Virus record (IMG/VR): IMGVR_UViG_3300025018_000524
Location: 1 to 24,149 of that record
Source of the DNA: a virus
Taxonomy: Duplodnaviria > Caudoviricetes
Direction: 5' to 3' (one strand)
Length of the DNA stretch: 24,149 nt
Position 1 is the first letter of the stretch. Each line of letters begins with the position of its first letter. Positions 1 through 7,386 of this stretch are shown here, piece by piece. Position numbers and translations under genes: made by a program. The notes under the pieces are model-generated. The model searched no databases. It was not told the origin of the DNA and saw only the letters and a program-made list of their open reading frames with translations.

Positions 1-2
1 CG

Positions 3-473
3 ATTAATATTTATTTCGAACACAAAGACGATTTTGAATGGGTAGAAATCAACAATGAGAACTGCCCTACTCTTGAGAAATATGGATGCAAGCCCTTTAA
101 GATCATGAAGAAGAAAATGCGTAATAAGGATGGTAAGGTCTGGAACAATATTAACTTTTATGAAGCTAAAGAAGAAGCTGAGAAGCTAGGATATAGACTA
201 CCAGATATCAGAGAGATGCTGGCCTTACTAGAGCATTATAAATTGGTAAATCAAAATATTAGCCACAAAGATAAGGATTTTCTAGGCATTGAGGAGTTAT
301 CGTATGGCGAAGATGTGTGTTTTGAATGGATAGAAGGGGCTGGATGTGCTTTCCTTCGCAGAACCTCTTGGGTTTATACGTCTTACGCAGGCGACTTCAT
401 ACTAGATTTGGATGCTGCTCCGACGAATCGGCACCACAACGTTGGCTTTCGCTGCACCAGTGATCTACCGTAG
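3..473 (+). CDS. FGE-sulfatase/C-type-lectin-fold protein, probable DGR target; 5'-truncated by the window
   Basis: The frame of ORF 105..473 is open back to base 3 (INIYFEHKDD...). WNNINFYEAKEEAEKLGYRLPDIRE resembles the FGE-type RLPTEAEWE motif. The C-terminus FLRRTSW...NVGFRC is the typical CLec end. Confidence 0.75.
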   Translation: MNIYFEHKDDFEWVEINNENCPTLEKYGCKPFKIMKKKMRNKDGKVWNNINFYEAKEEAEKLGYRLPDIREMLALLEHYKLVNQNISHKDKDFLGIEELSYGEDVCFEWIEGAGCAFLRRTSWVYTSYAGDFILDLDAAPTNRHHNVGFRCTSDLP

Positions 474-518
474 CAATCTAGTAATCTATGTATTTATCTA
501 AGAATCTATGCAAACCTA
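463..518. repeat. Short spaced ATCTA repeats
   Basis: ATCTA at 463, 476, 484, 496 and 504, and ACCTA at 514. Confidence 0.5.
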
Positions 519-823
519 TGAATAAACCACAATTATCAGAGCCACTGCTAACAATCAACCAATTTGACGATACGGTATCAGGAAAAAGTTTCAGAGAGTG
601 GTGCAAATGGAATGATCTTAGCCATGCTCAAGCCCTCCAAGACCAGCGAGAGGGGTATATAGCGGAGGTGGAGGAGTTGATTGAGGACGAGTTAACACCG
701 CATGAGTTTGTTTCTGACGATCCCACGATAGAGCGAATTGTTCAGGATGAAAAATTAAAACACCTAAAGCAACTCAAAACAAAACTAGCATCACTGAAAG
801 GGAACAGGAATGAAAGAACTTAA
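518..823 (+). CDS. Hypothetical phage protein
   Basis: ORF 488..823. ATG 518, after the ATCTA repeats, is the preferred start. The stop overlaps the next gene. Confidence 0.65.
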   Translation: MNKPQLSEPLLTINQFDDTVSGKSFREWCKWNDLSHAQALQDQREGYIAEVEELIEDELTPHEFVSDDPTIERIVQDEKLKHLKQLKTKLASLKGNRNERT

Positions 824-1172
824 GTTTAGAGCCTACGGCAAACACACGGGAATGTTTGAGGTAAATGAAATTGATTTTGAAAATGAATCTGTGAATGAGG
901 TAACTTGGTGTGTTCTTATGCAATTCACTGGTCTTAAAGACAAAAACGGTGTAGAGATTTATGAGGGGGATCTTGTGAGAATTGAAGTATCCACAGATGA
1001 AAATGACCCCTTGATAACACATGGAATATTCACAGTTTATTTTTATGCAGGTTCTTTCAGAATTGATACTAATGAGGATGGTGGCTACCCGCTAAGTGAT
1101 TATTTGCATCAGGATTGTGAAGTAATCGGCAACATCTATGAGAACCCAGAACTCTTGAAAGGAACAGAATGA
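810..1172 (+). CDS. YopX-family protein
   Basis: KFRAY, MQFTGLKDKNGVEIYEGD and EVIGNIYENPELL are YopX motifs. Confidence 0.92.
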   Translation: MKELKFRAYGKHTGMFEVNEIDFENESVNEVTWCVLMQFTGLKDKNGVEIYEGDLVRIEVSTDENDPLITHGIFTVYFYAGSFRIDTNEDGGYPLSDYLHQDCEVIGNIYENPELLKGTE

Positions 1173-1174
1173 CT
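1137..1174 (+). repeat. 38-nt exact direct repeat, copy 1
   Basis: TATGAGAACCCAGAACTCTTGAAAGGAACAGAATGACT is identical to 2188-2225. Confidence 0.95.
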
Positions 1175-1843
1175 AATCAAGATAAAATCATACTCGACCT
1201 CTGCGGTGGTACTGGTTCTTGGAGCAAACCATACTCAGATGCTGGCTACGATGTGAGACTTGTGACAATTCCCGATAATGATGTTCGAACATATGTACCA
1301 CCTAAAAATGTTTATGGAATTCTAGCAGCTCCACCTTGCACTATGTTTAGTGATGCTCGGACTAATGCTAAAACCCCAAGAGATTTAGAAGGAGGGTGGG
1401 AAGTAGTTGAGGCTTGTCTAAAAATCATTCGCCATTTTCAGTTTAGAACAGATAGCGACCAGCAAAAGTATTCCCCTCTGAAGTTCTGGGCATTGGAAAA
1501 CCCTTGGTATGGCAGGCTTAAATGGTTTATAGGACATCCGACATTTACTTTTTCACCCTGGGAATTTGGAGATGCTTACAAAAAAAAGACGGCTATTTGG
1601 GGATATTTTCATAATCCAGTAAAAACTTGCAGTAATATTAAAGAAGTTCTTACTAAAGAACAGATTGAATTACATAAGACTAATTCACAGAAGCTTCCTA
1701 GTCTAGCAAGATCAATGCCCAAGTTCGACATGATTAAGTTTAAAGACATTCACCCAGAGTCATTCGGGAAACTAGATCGCCAGGCTCTCCGGTCCATTAC
1801 TCCGCAAGGATTTGCACAAGCATTTTATAAGGCTAATCAGTAA
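1169..1843 (+). CDS. Compact DNA cytosine-C5 methyltransferase-like protein
   Basis: SAM-binding motif I (ILDLCGGTGS), catalytic motif IV (AAPPCTMFS) and motif VI (ALENP). ATGA overlap with the upstream gene. Confidence 0.82.
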   Translation: MTNQDKIILDLCGGTGSWSKPYSDAGYDVRLVTIPDNDVRTYVPPKNVYGILAAPPCTMFSDARTNAKTPRDLEGGWEVVEACLKIIRHFQFRTDSDQQKYSPLKFWALENPWYGRLKWFIGHPTFTFSPWEFGDAYKKKTAIWGYFHNPVKTCSNIKEVLTKEQIELHKTNSQKLPSLARSMPKFDMIKFKDIHPESFGKLDRQALRSITPQGFAQAFYKANQ

Positions 1844-1851
1844 GGAACAGA

Positions 1852-2223
1852 ATGAAAATAATTAAGTTTAGAGTTTGGGATAAAAAAGAAAAACAGATGA
1901 ATTTCACTGATAAACAGATGTTAAGGCAGGGTAGAGCGGTTCAATTTAATTTTATGATTCCCTGGAGAGAAAACATATTTTCTGATGAGTGGGAACTCAT
2001 GCAATTCACTGGTCTTAAAGACATAAATGGTGTAGAGATTTATGAAGGAGATATTGTCTTGCATCACGATCATCCCCAACCTCTGCCAAGAGTGGCTATT
2101 GAGTGGAATGATAAAACCGCAAGATTTGAACCACGGATCGGTTTAATGTCTGAGGCTGGAGAGTGGCTGGAGGTTATCGGCAACGTATATGAGAACCCAG
2201 AACTCTTGAAAGGAACAGAATGA
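1852..2223 (+). CDS. YopX-family protein, second paralogue
   Basis: KFRVWDK, MQFTGLKDINGVEIYEGD and EVIGNVYENPELL. Confidence 0.92.
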   Translation: MKIIKFRVWDKKEKQMNFTDKQMLRQGRAVQFNFMIPWRENIFSDEWELMQFTGLKDINGVEIYEGDIVLHHDHPQPLPRVAIEWNDKTARFEPRIGLMSEAGEWLEVIGNVYENPELLKGTE

Positions 2224-2225
2224 CT
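2188..2225 (+). repeat. 38-nt exact direct repeat, copy 2
   Basis: Identical to 1137-1174. Confidence 0.95.
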
Positions 2226-2369
2226 GAAAAACAAACACCCGTTGAACTCTTAAAAGAAATTGAGAAAGTAGACAAAAAAGAAAGGGCGGCAATTATGCAA
2301 GCGCAGATGACAGTACTACCTCAAGCATTTATTGAGGCAATGGCTAGTAAAGGAAAGGAAAAGAAATAA
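2220..2369 (+). CDS. Hypothetical 49-aa protein (not in the ORF track)
   Basis: ATGA overlap with the YopX stop and an AAGGA Shine-Dalgarno. MTEKQTPVELLKEIEK...KGKEKK fills the gap. Confidence 0.7.
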   Translation: MTEKQTPVELLKEIEKVDKKERAAIMQAQMTVLPQAFIEAMASKGKEKK

Positions 2370-2371
2370 CC

Positions 2372-2554
2372 ATGCAAACTAAAAAGAATCTAGGCAAATC
2401 TATACAAAAAAAACAGAAAGCTAAACTAAATAAAGAAAAGATTGAGTTTGCGAGAGGTGTGCAGTCAGATATGAAAAGAATCTATAGCTACAGATGTCGA
2501 GAAGAAATGCCAAAAGAAACATTTATTCAGAAGCTATTGAGGTGGTTCAGATGA
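2372..2554 (+). CDS. Hypothetical basic protein
   Basis: 60 aa, preceded by AAGGA; the stop overlaps ATG 2551. Confidence 0.6.
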   Translation: MQTKKNLGKSIQKKQKAKLNKEKIEFARGVQSDMKRIYSYRCREEMPKETFIQKLLRWFR

Positions 2555-2925
2555 CATACTTTAAGACTTGGCAGACTAAGGGAGATAATAAATATCGAGC
2601 TGTAAAGAAAACAGTCAATGGTATTATCTATCATTCCCAGAAGGAAGCCAATAAGTCTGTAGAGCTAGATTATCTTGTTAAGGCTAAAGAGATTAAGAGC
2701 TGGACCCGTCAGGTCAAGGAAGAACTTAGGGGAGAAAACGGAACGCTTATTTGTAAAGTATACCCAGACTTTCTAATCACCCATAATGACGGCACACTAG
2801 AGTATTTGGAGATTAAGAGCAAGGTGACAGCAACTCCTATCTGGAAGATAAAATGGGGGCTACTCCAAGACAAGCTACAGGACAAAATGAAAACAGGTGA
2901 AGTAAAAATGACAGTGGAGTATTGA
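2551..2925 (+). CDS. DUF1064-like PD-(D/E)xK nuclease
   Basis: NKYRAVK..V.GI.YHSQKEA, YPDF and LEIKS. GAGGTGG Shine-Dalgarno precedes ATG 2551. Confidence 0.8.
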   Translation: MTYFKTWQTKGDNKYRAVKKTVNGIIYHSQKEANKSVELDYLVKAKEIKSWTRQVKEELRGENGTLICKVYPDFLITHNDGTLEYLEIKSKVTATPIWKIKWGLLQDKLQDKMKTGEVKMTVEY

Positions 2926-2926
2926 G

Positions 2927-3139
2927 ATGATAAATAGACGAGAACTGCTAAAGTTACCAATTGGGCTACTAAGGAAACAACGGCCAGTTAGTCCAGGGGA
3001 ATTAGAAGCAGCAATTCTAAACTCAAGTGAGGCTTCATTCTTAAGAGATCAAGCATTATTGGTTTATATAGATCCAGCAATGAGAATCACATATTACGGA
3101 GCTATTTTCAGGGAACTGGAAGAAAGTGAGGGCAAATGA
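2927..3139 (+). CDS. Hypothetical protein
   Basis: 70 aa, GGAG upstream, tightly packed with neighbours. Confidence 0.6.
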   Translation: MINRRELLKLPIGLLRKQRPVSPGELEAAILNSSEASFLRDQALLVYIDPAMRITYYGAIFRELEESEGK

Positions 3140-3531
3140 ATCTCAATAAAATAACATTCTGCAATAACTGTAACTGCATGAGCCATAATCTGGTCAATGA
3201 TGTATGTGGTAAATGTAAAGAAAATAAAACACCAACACTAAGTAAGGAAGCTGAGAAGCTGTTTGATGACACATTTCATATTGATAGAGTTGGATGGCGT
3301 GGTAGAGGTAATGATTGTCATGTTGCCGAGATATTCCCCTATGATGATGAGGGTAGGCAGGTAGTACCAGATGTAGCAGACCTCAAACAGGTAATCTCTC
3401 AAATAGAACAATCAGCCATCCTTGCTGAGAGAAAAGCAATTTACAAAATGGTTATGGAAAACGGCAGTGCTAATAGAGCATCTATACTTCACAAACTGGC
3501 GAGAATTATTCAAGGAGAAGAAAAACTATGA
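3136..3531 (+). CDS. Hypothetical protein with N-terminal Zn-ribbon-like motif
   Basis: CNNC...CGKC; ATGA overlaps at both ends. Confidence 0.7.
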   Translation: MNLNKITFCNNCNCMSHNLVNDVCGKCKENKTPTLSKEAEKLFDDTFHIDRVGWRGRGNDCHVAEIFPYDDEGRQVVPDVADLKQVISQIEQSAILAERKAIYKMVMENGSANRASILHKLARIIQGEEKL

Positions 3532-3761
3532 GGCAAGATTCAATAAGCAACGACTCACATTATTGCGAAGAACCAATAATTTGTCCATATTGTTGTCACA
3601 ATTATGAGACTAGGTGGTACTTATCTTTCGGTAGACATCACTTTAGGTTTCACTTGGGAAAGGTTTTTGGAAGGTGGACTTTTAATGTTGGTCTAAAGTT
3701 TGTTGATTTCGGGCTTGCTTGGGATGAAAAGCGTGAAACCATCACAGAAAGTACAGAATGA
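3528..3761 (+). CDS. Hypothetical protein
   Basis: 77 aa with CPYC; ATGA overlaps at both ends. Confidence 0.6.
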   Translation: MRQDSISNDSHYCEEPIICPYCCHNYETRWYLSFGRHHFRFHLGKVFGRWTFNVGLKFVDFGLAWDEKRETITESTE

Positions 3762-4000
3762 AAACTAAATACTACACAGAGGGAGATACCCAAGAACAAC
3801 TTTGCATAAACTTCCTAAAACAAATAGATCCCATCTTAAATGAGATTATGCCAATGGATGTGACTTACGATGAGGAGAGAGAGGTATACGCAAACAGGAT
3901 TTATTGTCTTAGGAAACTATCAAAACAGGTAGCCGCTGATATCAAGGCATTACTTTACGACAGACTAGAACTAGAGAAAGAGTATTCTAAAGATGAATAA
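3758..4000 (+). CDS. Hypothetical protein
   Basis: 80 aa; ATGA overlap with the upstream gene. Confidence 0.65.
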   Translation: MKTKYYTEGDTQEQLCINFLKQIDPILNEIMPMDVTYDEEREVYANRIYCLRKLSKQVAADIKALLYDRLELEKEYSKDE

Positions 4001-4003
4001 ACA

Positions 4004-4012
4004 TGCTATAAT
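4004..4012 (+). promoter_or_regulatory. Extended -10 promoter
   Basis: Intergenic TGcTATAAT, a perfect extended -10. Confidence 0.6.
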
Positions 4013-4018
4013 CAGGAT

Positions 4019-4053
4019 ACGACCTGAGCAAGTATTACTTGAGAGGTCGTTTT
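4019..4053 (+). terminator. Hairpin plus T run; terminator or RBS-occluding stem
   Basis: ACGACCT-gag-CAAGT-att-ACTTG-ag-AGGTCGT-TTT. GAGG lies in the 3' arm, 7 nt before GTG 4054. Confidence 0.6.
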
Positions 4054-4392
4054 GTGTTTAAGACAGAAAAAAAGAGAACTCTAAGGCAGAACAATTCTCT
4101 CCATTTATATTTTAATCATCTTTCCAAGGCTCTCAATGACGCTGGACTAGATGTACAAACAACCCTAAAACATAATATTTCGGTACCCTGGAGCGATAAG
4201 ACTGTAAAAGAACTAATCTACAAGCCAATTCTAAAGGCTCAGCTCGGAAAAGACAGCACTACACAAATGACCACCAAGGAAATTGATTTAGTATTCGACA
4301 CGATAACAAGATTCACTAGCGAGAAGTTGGGTCTGCAAGTAGATTTTCCAAGTATTGAAACACTTATGTGGAAAGAAAGGTTGAAAGTATGA
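4054..4392 (+). CDS. NinB-like recombination protein
   Basis: KRTLRQNNSLH at the N-terminus and STTQMTTKE match the NinB/Orf pattern. GTG 4054 is the preferred start. Confidence 0.65.
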   Translation: MFKTEKKRTLRQNNSLHLYFNHLSKALNDAGLDVQTTLKHNISVPWSDKTVKELIYKPILKAQLGKDSTTQMTTKEIDLVFDTITRFTSEKLGLQVDFPSIETLMWKERLKV

Positions 4393-4532
4393 AATATATT
4401 CTACCGATAACACTGGGGGTAGCACTAGGATTAGGATTCTTATTCTTAATTGTAGCTAAGATATCACTAGACCAAGAGAAACTACCCTGTAGCTCTAATG
4501 TAGATATTAGATGTGTAAATTATAGGGAGTAG
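4389..4532 (+). CDS. Small membrane protein, 47 aa (not in the ORF track)
   Basis: ATGA overlap; hydrophobic N-terminus MKYILPITLGVALGLGFLFLIVAK. Confidence 0.65.
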   Translation: MKYILPITLGVALGLGFLFLIVAKISLDQEKLPCSSNVDIRCVNYRE

Positions 4533-4534
4533 AT

Positions 4535-4702
4535 ATGACAGAAGTTTGTGAATATTGTGGAGCAGCTTTAATAGCTCACAGAGGAAAAAAAGTTTATGAG
4601 GATGGTAAATACAAGTTTACCAATCCAGATCAAGTAGTAAAGTACCACGCGGCTTGCAGAAAAGAAGGCAGATTAGTGGCACATAAAGAAAGGAAATCAT
4701 AG
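4535..4702 (+). CDS. Small Zn-finger-like protein, 55 aa (not in the ORF track)
   Basis: GGGAG Shine-Dalgarno; CEYC...HAAC. Confidence 0.7.
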   Translation: MTEVCEYCGAALIAHRGKKVYEDGKYKFTNPDQVVKYHAACRKEGRLVAHKERKS

Positions 4703-4825
4703 AAAAATATTTCAGAGAAGGGAAGGATCTACCAACCCTCCAGGAGATTGAAGACGATCTACTTAAAAAACAAAGAGAGAAGATAAATCTTAATAAAACC
4801 TATCGCTGGAAATAACTTGGTAACT

Positions 4826-5146
4826 ATGAAACAACACATAACCGTTGAACAACTAGACTCACTTACTATCAAACAGAAGCATGAGCTTGAGCGTTTTTTC
4901 AATCCAGAGCTTGATGATGATTATATGTGGGGACTTAATTCTTTAGAGGTAACTATTGGAAAAATGATAGAGTTTTTGACAATGAAGGGTCAAAACTTTT
5001 GGATTAACTACGATAGAAACCCCGACCTGTTTACTTTGACTAAAGGCAAAAAGCCATATCCCGATGACCCAAACCTTGAACATTTAACGCCTGAACTTTG
5101 CGATGCACTCTGGGAATCTGTAAAAGAAGTATTGGAGAAAGAATGA
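4826..5146 (+). CDS. Hypothetical phage protein
   Basis: ORF 4817..5146 with ATG 4826 preferred; ends ELCDALWESVKEVLEKE. Confidence 0.75.
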   Translation: MKQHITVEQLDSLTIKQKHELERFFNPELDDDYMWGLNSLEVTIGKMIEFLTMKGQNFWINYDRNPDLFTLTKGKKPYPDDPNLEHLTPELCDALWESVKEVLEKE

Positions 5147-5325
5147 AAGCTAAGTTTTATTTCACTATCACTCTAAAAGGCAATGATGAAACTCTACCAA
5201 CGCCACCTATAACACTAGAGGCAATAGAACCAAAAGCATTTACAGTAACGGGTGTGAATGTGTATCAAGAGGTACTAGATGGTGAAGTAATATTAGTTAA
5301 GCAGATAGAGGTTAAGAATGACTAA
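5143..5325 (+). CDS. Hypothetical protein
   Basis: GGAG Shine-Dalgarno and ATGA overlap at 5143. Confidence 0.6.
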   Translation: MKAKFYFTITLKGNDETLPTPPITLEAIEPKAFTVTGVNVYQEVLDGEVILVKQIEVKND

Positions 5326-5340
5326 AGCTAATAGGGGGTA

Positions 5341-5361
5341 TGGTATTATTGCATCAGATGC
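5341..5361 (+). promoter_or_regulatory. Putative extended -10 promoter for terS with adjacent palindrome
   Basis: TGgTATTAT (5341-5349) followed by GCATC-a-GATGC (5351-5361). Confidence 0.45.
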
Positions 5362-5379
5362 GGCAAAAGATAAAGATAT

Positions 5380-5736
5380 ATGGCAACATTAAAACAAAAA
5401 CTAGCGGTAGGGAAACTAGTGGAAAATGGTGGAAACGTTAGTCGGTCAATGTTGGATGCTGGCTATACTCCTGCTACAGCTAGCACACCACAAAAACTTA
5501 CCAACTCTAAAGGCTTCCAAGAACTAATTGAGAAGTATTTACCTGACGACAAGATACTAGGGGCATTGGGTGAAGATATAGATAGGAAACCTCAAAACAG
5601 AACTCCAGAATTAACCCTAGCTGCAAAGATTAAGGGAATGATGATTGAGAAAAAAGACATTACCAGCGGAGGAGAGAAACTACGGGGAAACACAATAATC
5701 TTTCAAGATTTTTCAGATGAACCAAAAAGTAAATAA
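5380..5736 (+). CDS. terS: Terminase small subunit
   Basis: HTH-like GNVSRSMLDAGY, C-terminal DITSGGEKL, and overlap with the start of terL. Confidence 0.8.
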   Translation: MATLKQKLAVGKLVENGGNVSRSMLDAGYTPATASTPQKLTNSKGFQELIEKYLPDDKILGALGEDIDRKPQNRTPELTLAAKIKGMMIEKKDITSGGEKLRGNTIIFQDFSDEPKSK

Positions 5737-6979
5737 GGTCTACAAACCTCTATTTTTTAATAAATCACGCTATACAATCCTTATGGGAGGTAGAGGCGCC
5801 GGTAGATCAACCGTCGCATCTCAGTTTGCCCTCTCACATCTTATCTCAGATCAGTTTTTCCGTTGTGCCATCATGCGATATATCTTAGGCGATATTCGTA
5901 ATTCAATATTCAGAGAAATAACAGACAGAATTGACGAGGCAGAGATTGAGAACTCAGTCACCATCAACAATTCCCTCATGCACATAGATCACGGCAATAA
6001 CTCAATCAATGCGGTTGGATTCAAGAAATCATCATCAGATCAAAGGGCCAAACTTAAATCACTTGCAAACTACAACTGCGTGATTATTGAGGAAGCTGAC
6101 GAGATCCCCGAAGAAGATTTTATGCAGTTGGATGACTCACTTAGAACTGTTAAGGGTGATATTAAGATCATTCTCTTGCTTAATCCCCCAGCAAAGACTC
6201 ACTGGATTATTAGGCGATGGTTTGATCTCTTACCCTCCGACACTCAGGACTTCTACGCCCCCAAGCTCAAAGCAGACATAATAGACACGACTTTCATTCA
6301 CACGAGCTACCACGACAACAAATTAAACCTCGACTCAAACGCTACCGCAAACTATGAGAATTATAAGACTAGTAAGCCAGCGCATTATCACAACATGGTG
6401 AGAGGACTCGTGCCGGAAGTGGTACAGGGCAAGATCTACTCTAACTGGGTAGAGATTGAGGACATACCCCACGAAGCCAGGCTAGAGAGGTATGGAGTTG
6501 ATTTCGGGTACACGAATGATCCTACGAGCATTGTGGCACTCTATTACTACAACGGAGGCTATATACTCGATGAGGTTGTCTACAAAAAGGGTATGAGCAA
6601 TAAGGAGATAGCAGACACTCTTAACTCTCTCAAATCAGCCCTAGTCATAGCAGACAGCGCCGAACCTAAGAGTATTGATGAGATCAGAAGCTATGGAGTC
6701 AATATCCTGCCAGCACAAAAAGGTAGAGACTCAATCAATCAGGGCATACAGTACGTTCAGGATCAGCAAATTAGCATGACTAAAAGAAGTCGTAATGGCT
6801 GGAAAGAGTATGAGAATTACGCTTGGAAGATCAATAAGGATGGAATAGTCATAAATACACCCATAGAGCAATGGAATCACTTTTTGGATGGGGTCAGGTA
6901 TGCGTTTGATTCACTCAAACCAGAGGAAGAAGAGTACACGTTACCGAGTAGTATTTTCAATAGCACGGGATTTTACTAA
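5717..6979 (+). CDS. terL: Terminase large subunit, PBSX family
   Basis: Walker A GGRGAGRS, Walker B IIEEA, LLNP, and nuclease motifs GVDFGYTNDP, ADSAEPKSI and NHFLDGVRY. Confidence 0.95.
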   Translation: MNQKVNKVYKPLFFNKSRYTILMGGRGAGRSTVASQFALSHLISDQFFRCAIMRYILGDIRNSIFREITDRIDEAEIENSVTINNSLMHIDHGNNSINAVGFKKSSSDQRAKLKSLANYNCVIIEEADEIPEEDFMQLDDSLRTVKGDIKIILLLNPPAKTHWIIRRWFDLLPSDTQDFYAPKLKADIIDTTFIHTSYHDNKLNLDSNATANYENYKTSKPAHYHNMVRGLVPEVVQGKIYSNWVEIEDIPHEARLERYGVDFGYTNDPTSIVALYYYNGGYILDEVVYKKGMSNKEIADTLNSLKSALVIADSAEPKSIDEIRSYGVNILPAQKGRDSINQGIQYVQDQQISMTKRSRNGWKEYENYAWKINKDGIVINTPIEQWNHFLDGVRYAFDSLKPEEEEYTLPSSIFNSTGFY

Positions 6980-7302
6980 TGACCGACGTTGATATGTACA
7001 CCCAGCTATTCAAGTTTGCCCAACAAATAGGTTCTGGAAAGATCAAGCCTGAAATGGTTATAAATAACGGTAAAGTCGTTAAGATGAGGATAGATGGCCA
7101 ACAATCCTACCTCTACAACCGATCAGCTCAGGACACCAACGACAACACCCAAGCAATAAAACACATCTCGCAACGAATCAACTCAGCATTACAGGGTAGA
7201 GACACAAATGAATTACTTTTCAACATAGTTTTCCACAACGGCAAGATCAAAAAGATTGGCTGGAACAGTGAAATATTTATTAATCTTGACCAACCACATT
7301 AA
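6979..7302 (+). CDS. Hypothetical protein between terL and portal
   Basis: 107 aa; TAATG overlap with terL. Confidence 0.75.
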   Translation: MTDVDMYTQLFKFAQQIGSGKIKPEMVINNGKVVKMRIDGQQSYLYNRSAQDTNDNTQAIKHISQRINSALQGRDTNELLFNIVFHNGKIKKIGWNSEIFINLDQPH

Positions 7303-7315
7303 ATAGTGTTATCAT
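7286..7315 (+). promoter_or_regulatory. Sigma70-type promoter
   Basis: TTGACC-18 nt-TATCAT with a TG extension. Confidence 0.6.
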
Positions 7316-7352
7316 ACCCCTGTCTCTAACCAGAATAGTATCTGGCGACCAT

Positions 7353-7386
7353 AGACGCTTTACCCGCAAGGGGAGCGTCTTTTTTT
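7353..7386 (+). terminator. Intrinsic terminator-like hairpin abutting the portal ATG
   Basis: AGACGCT-tta-CCC-GCAA-GGG-g-AGCGTCT-TTTTTT-ATG. Confidence 0.7.

Noticed and set aside
1137-2225. 38-nt direct repeat as a CRISPR repeat or att site
   Set aside because: There are only two copies, about 1 kb apart, both at the ends of paralogous YopX genes. No spacers, cas genes or integrase are present.
3422-3607. Alternative-frame plus-strand ORFs (3422, 6087, 14410, 17669, 18211, 20194, 20950, 23326)
   Set aside because: They overlap better-supported genes and have no recognisable motifs.
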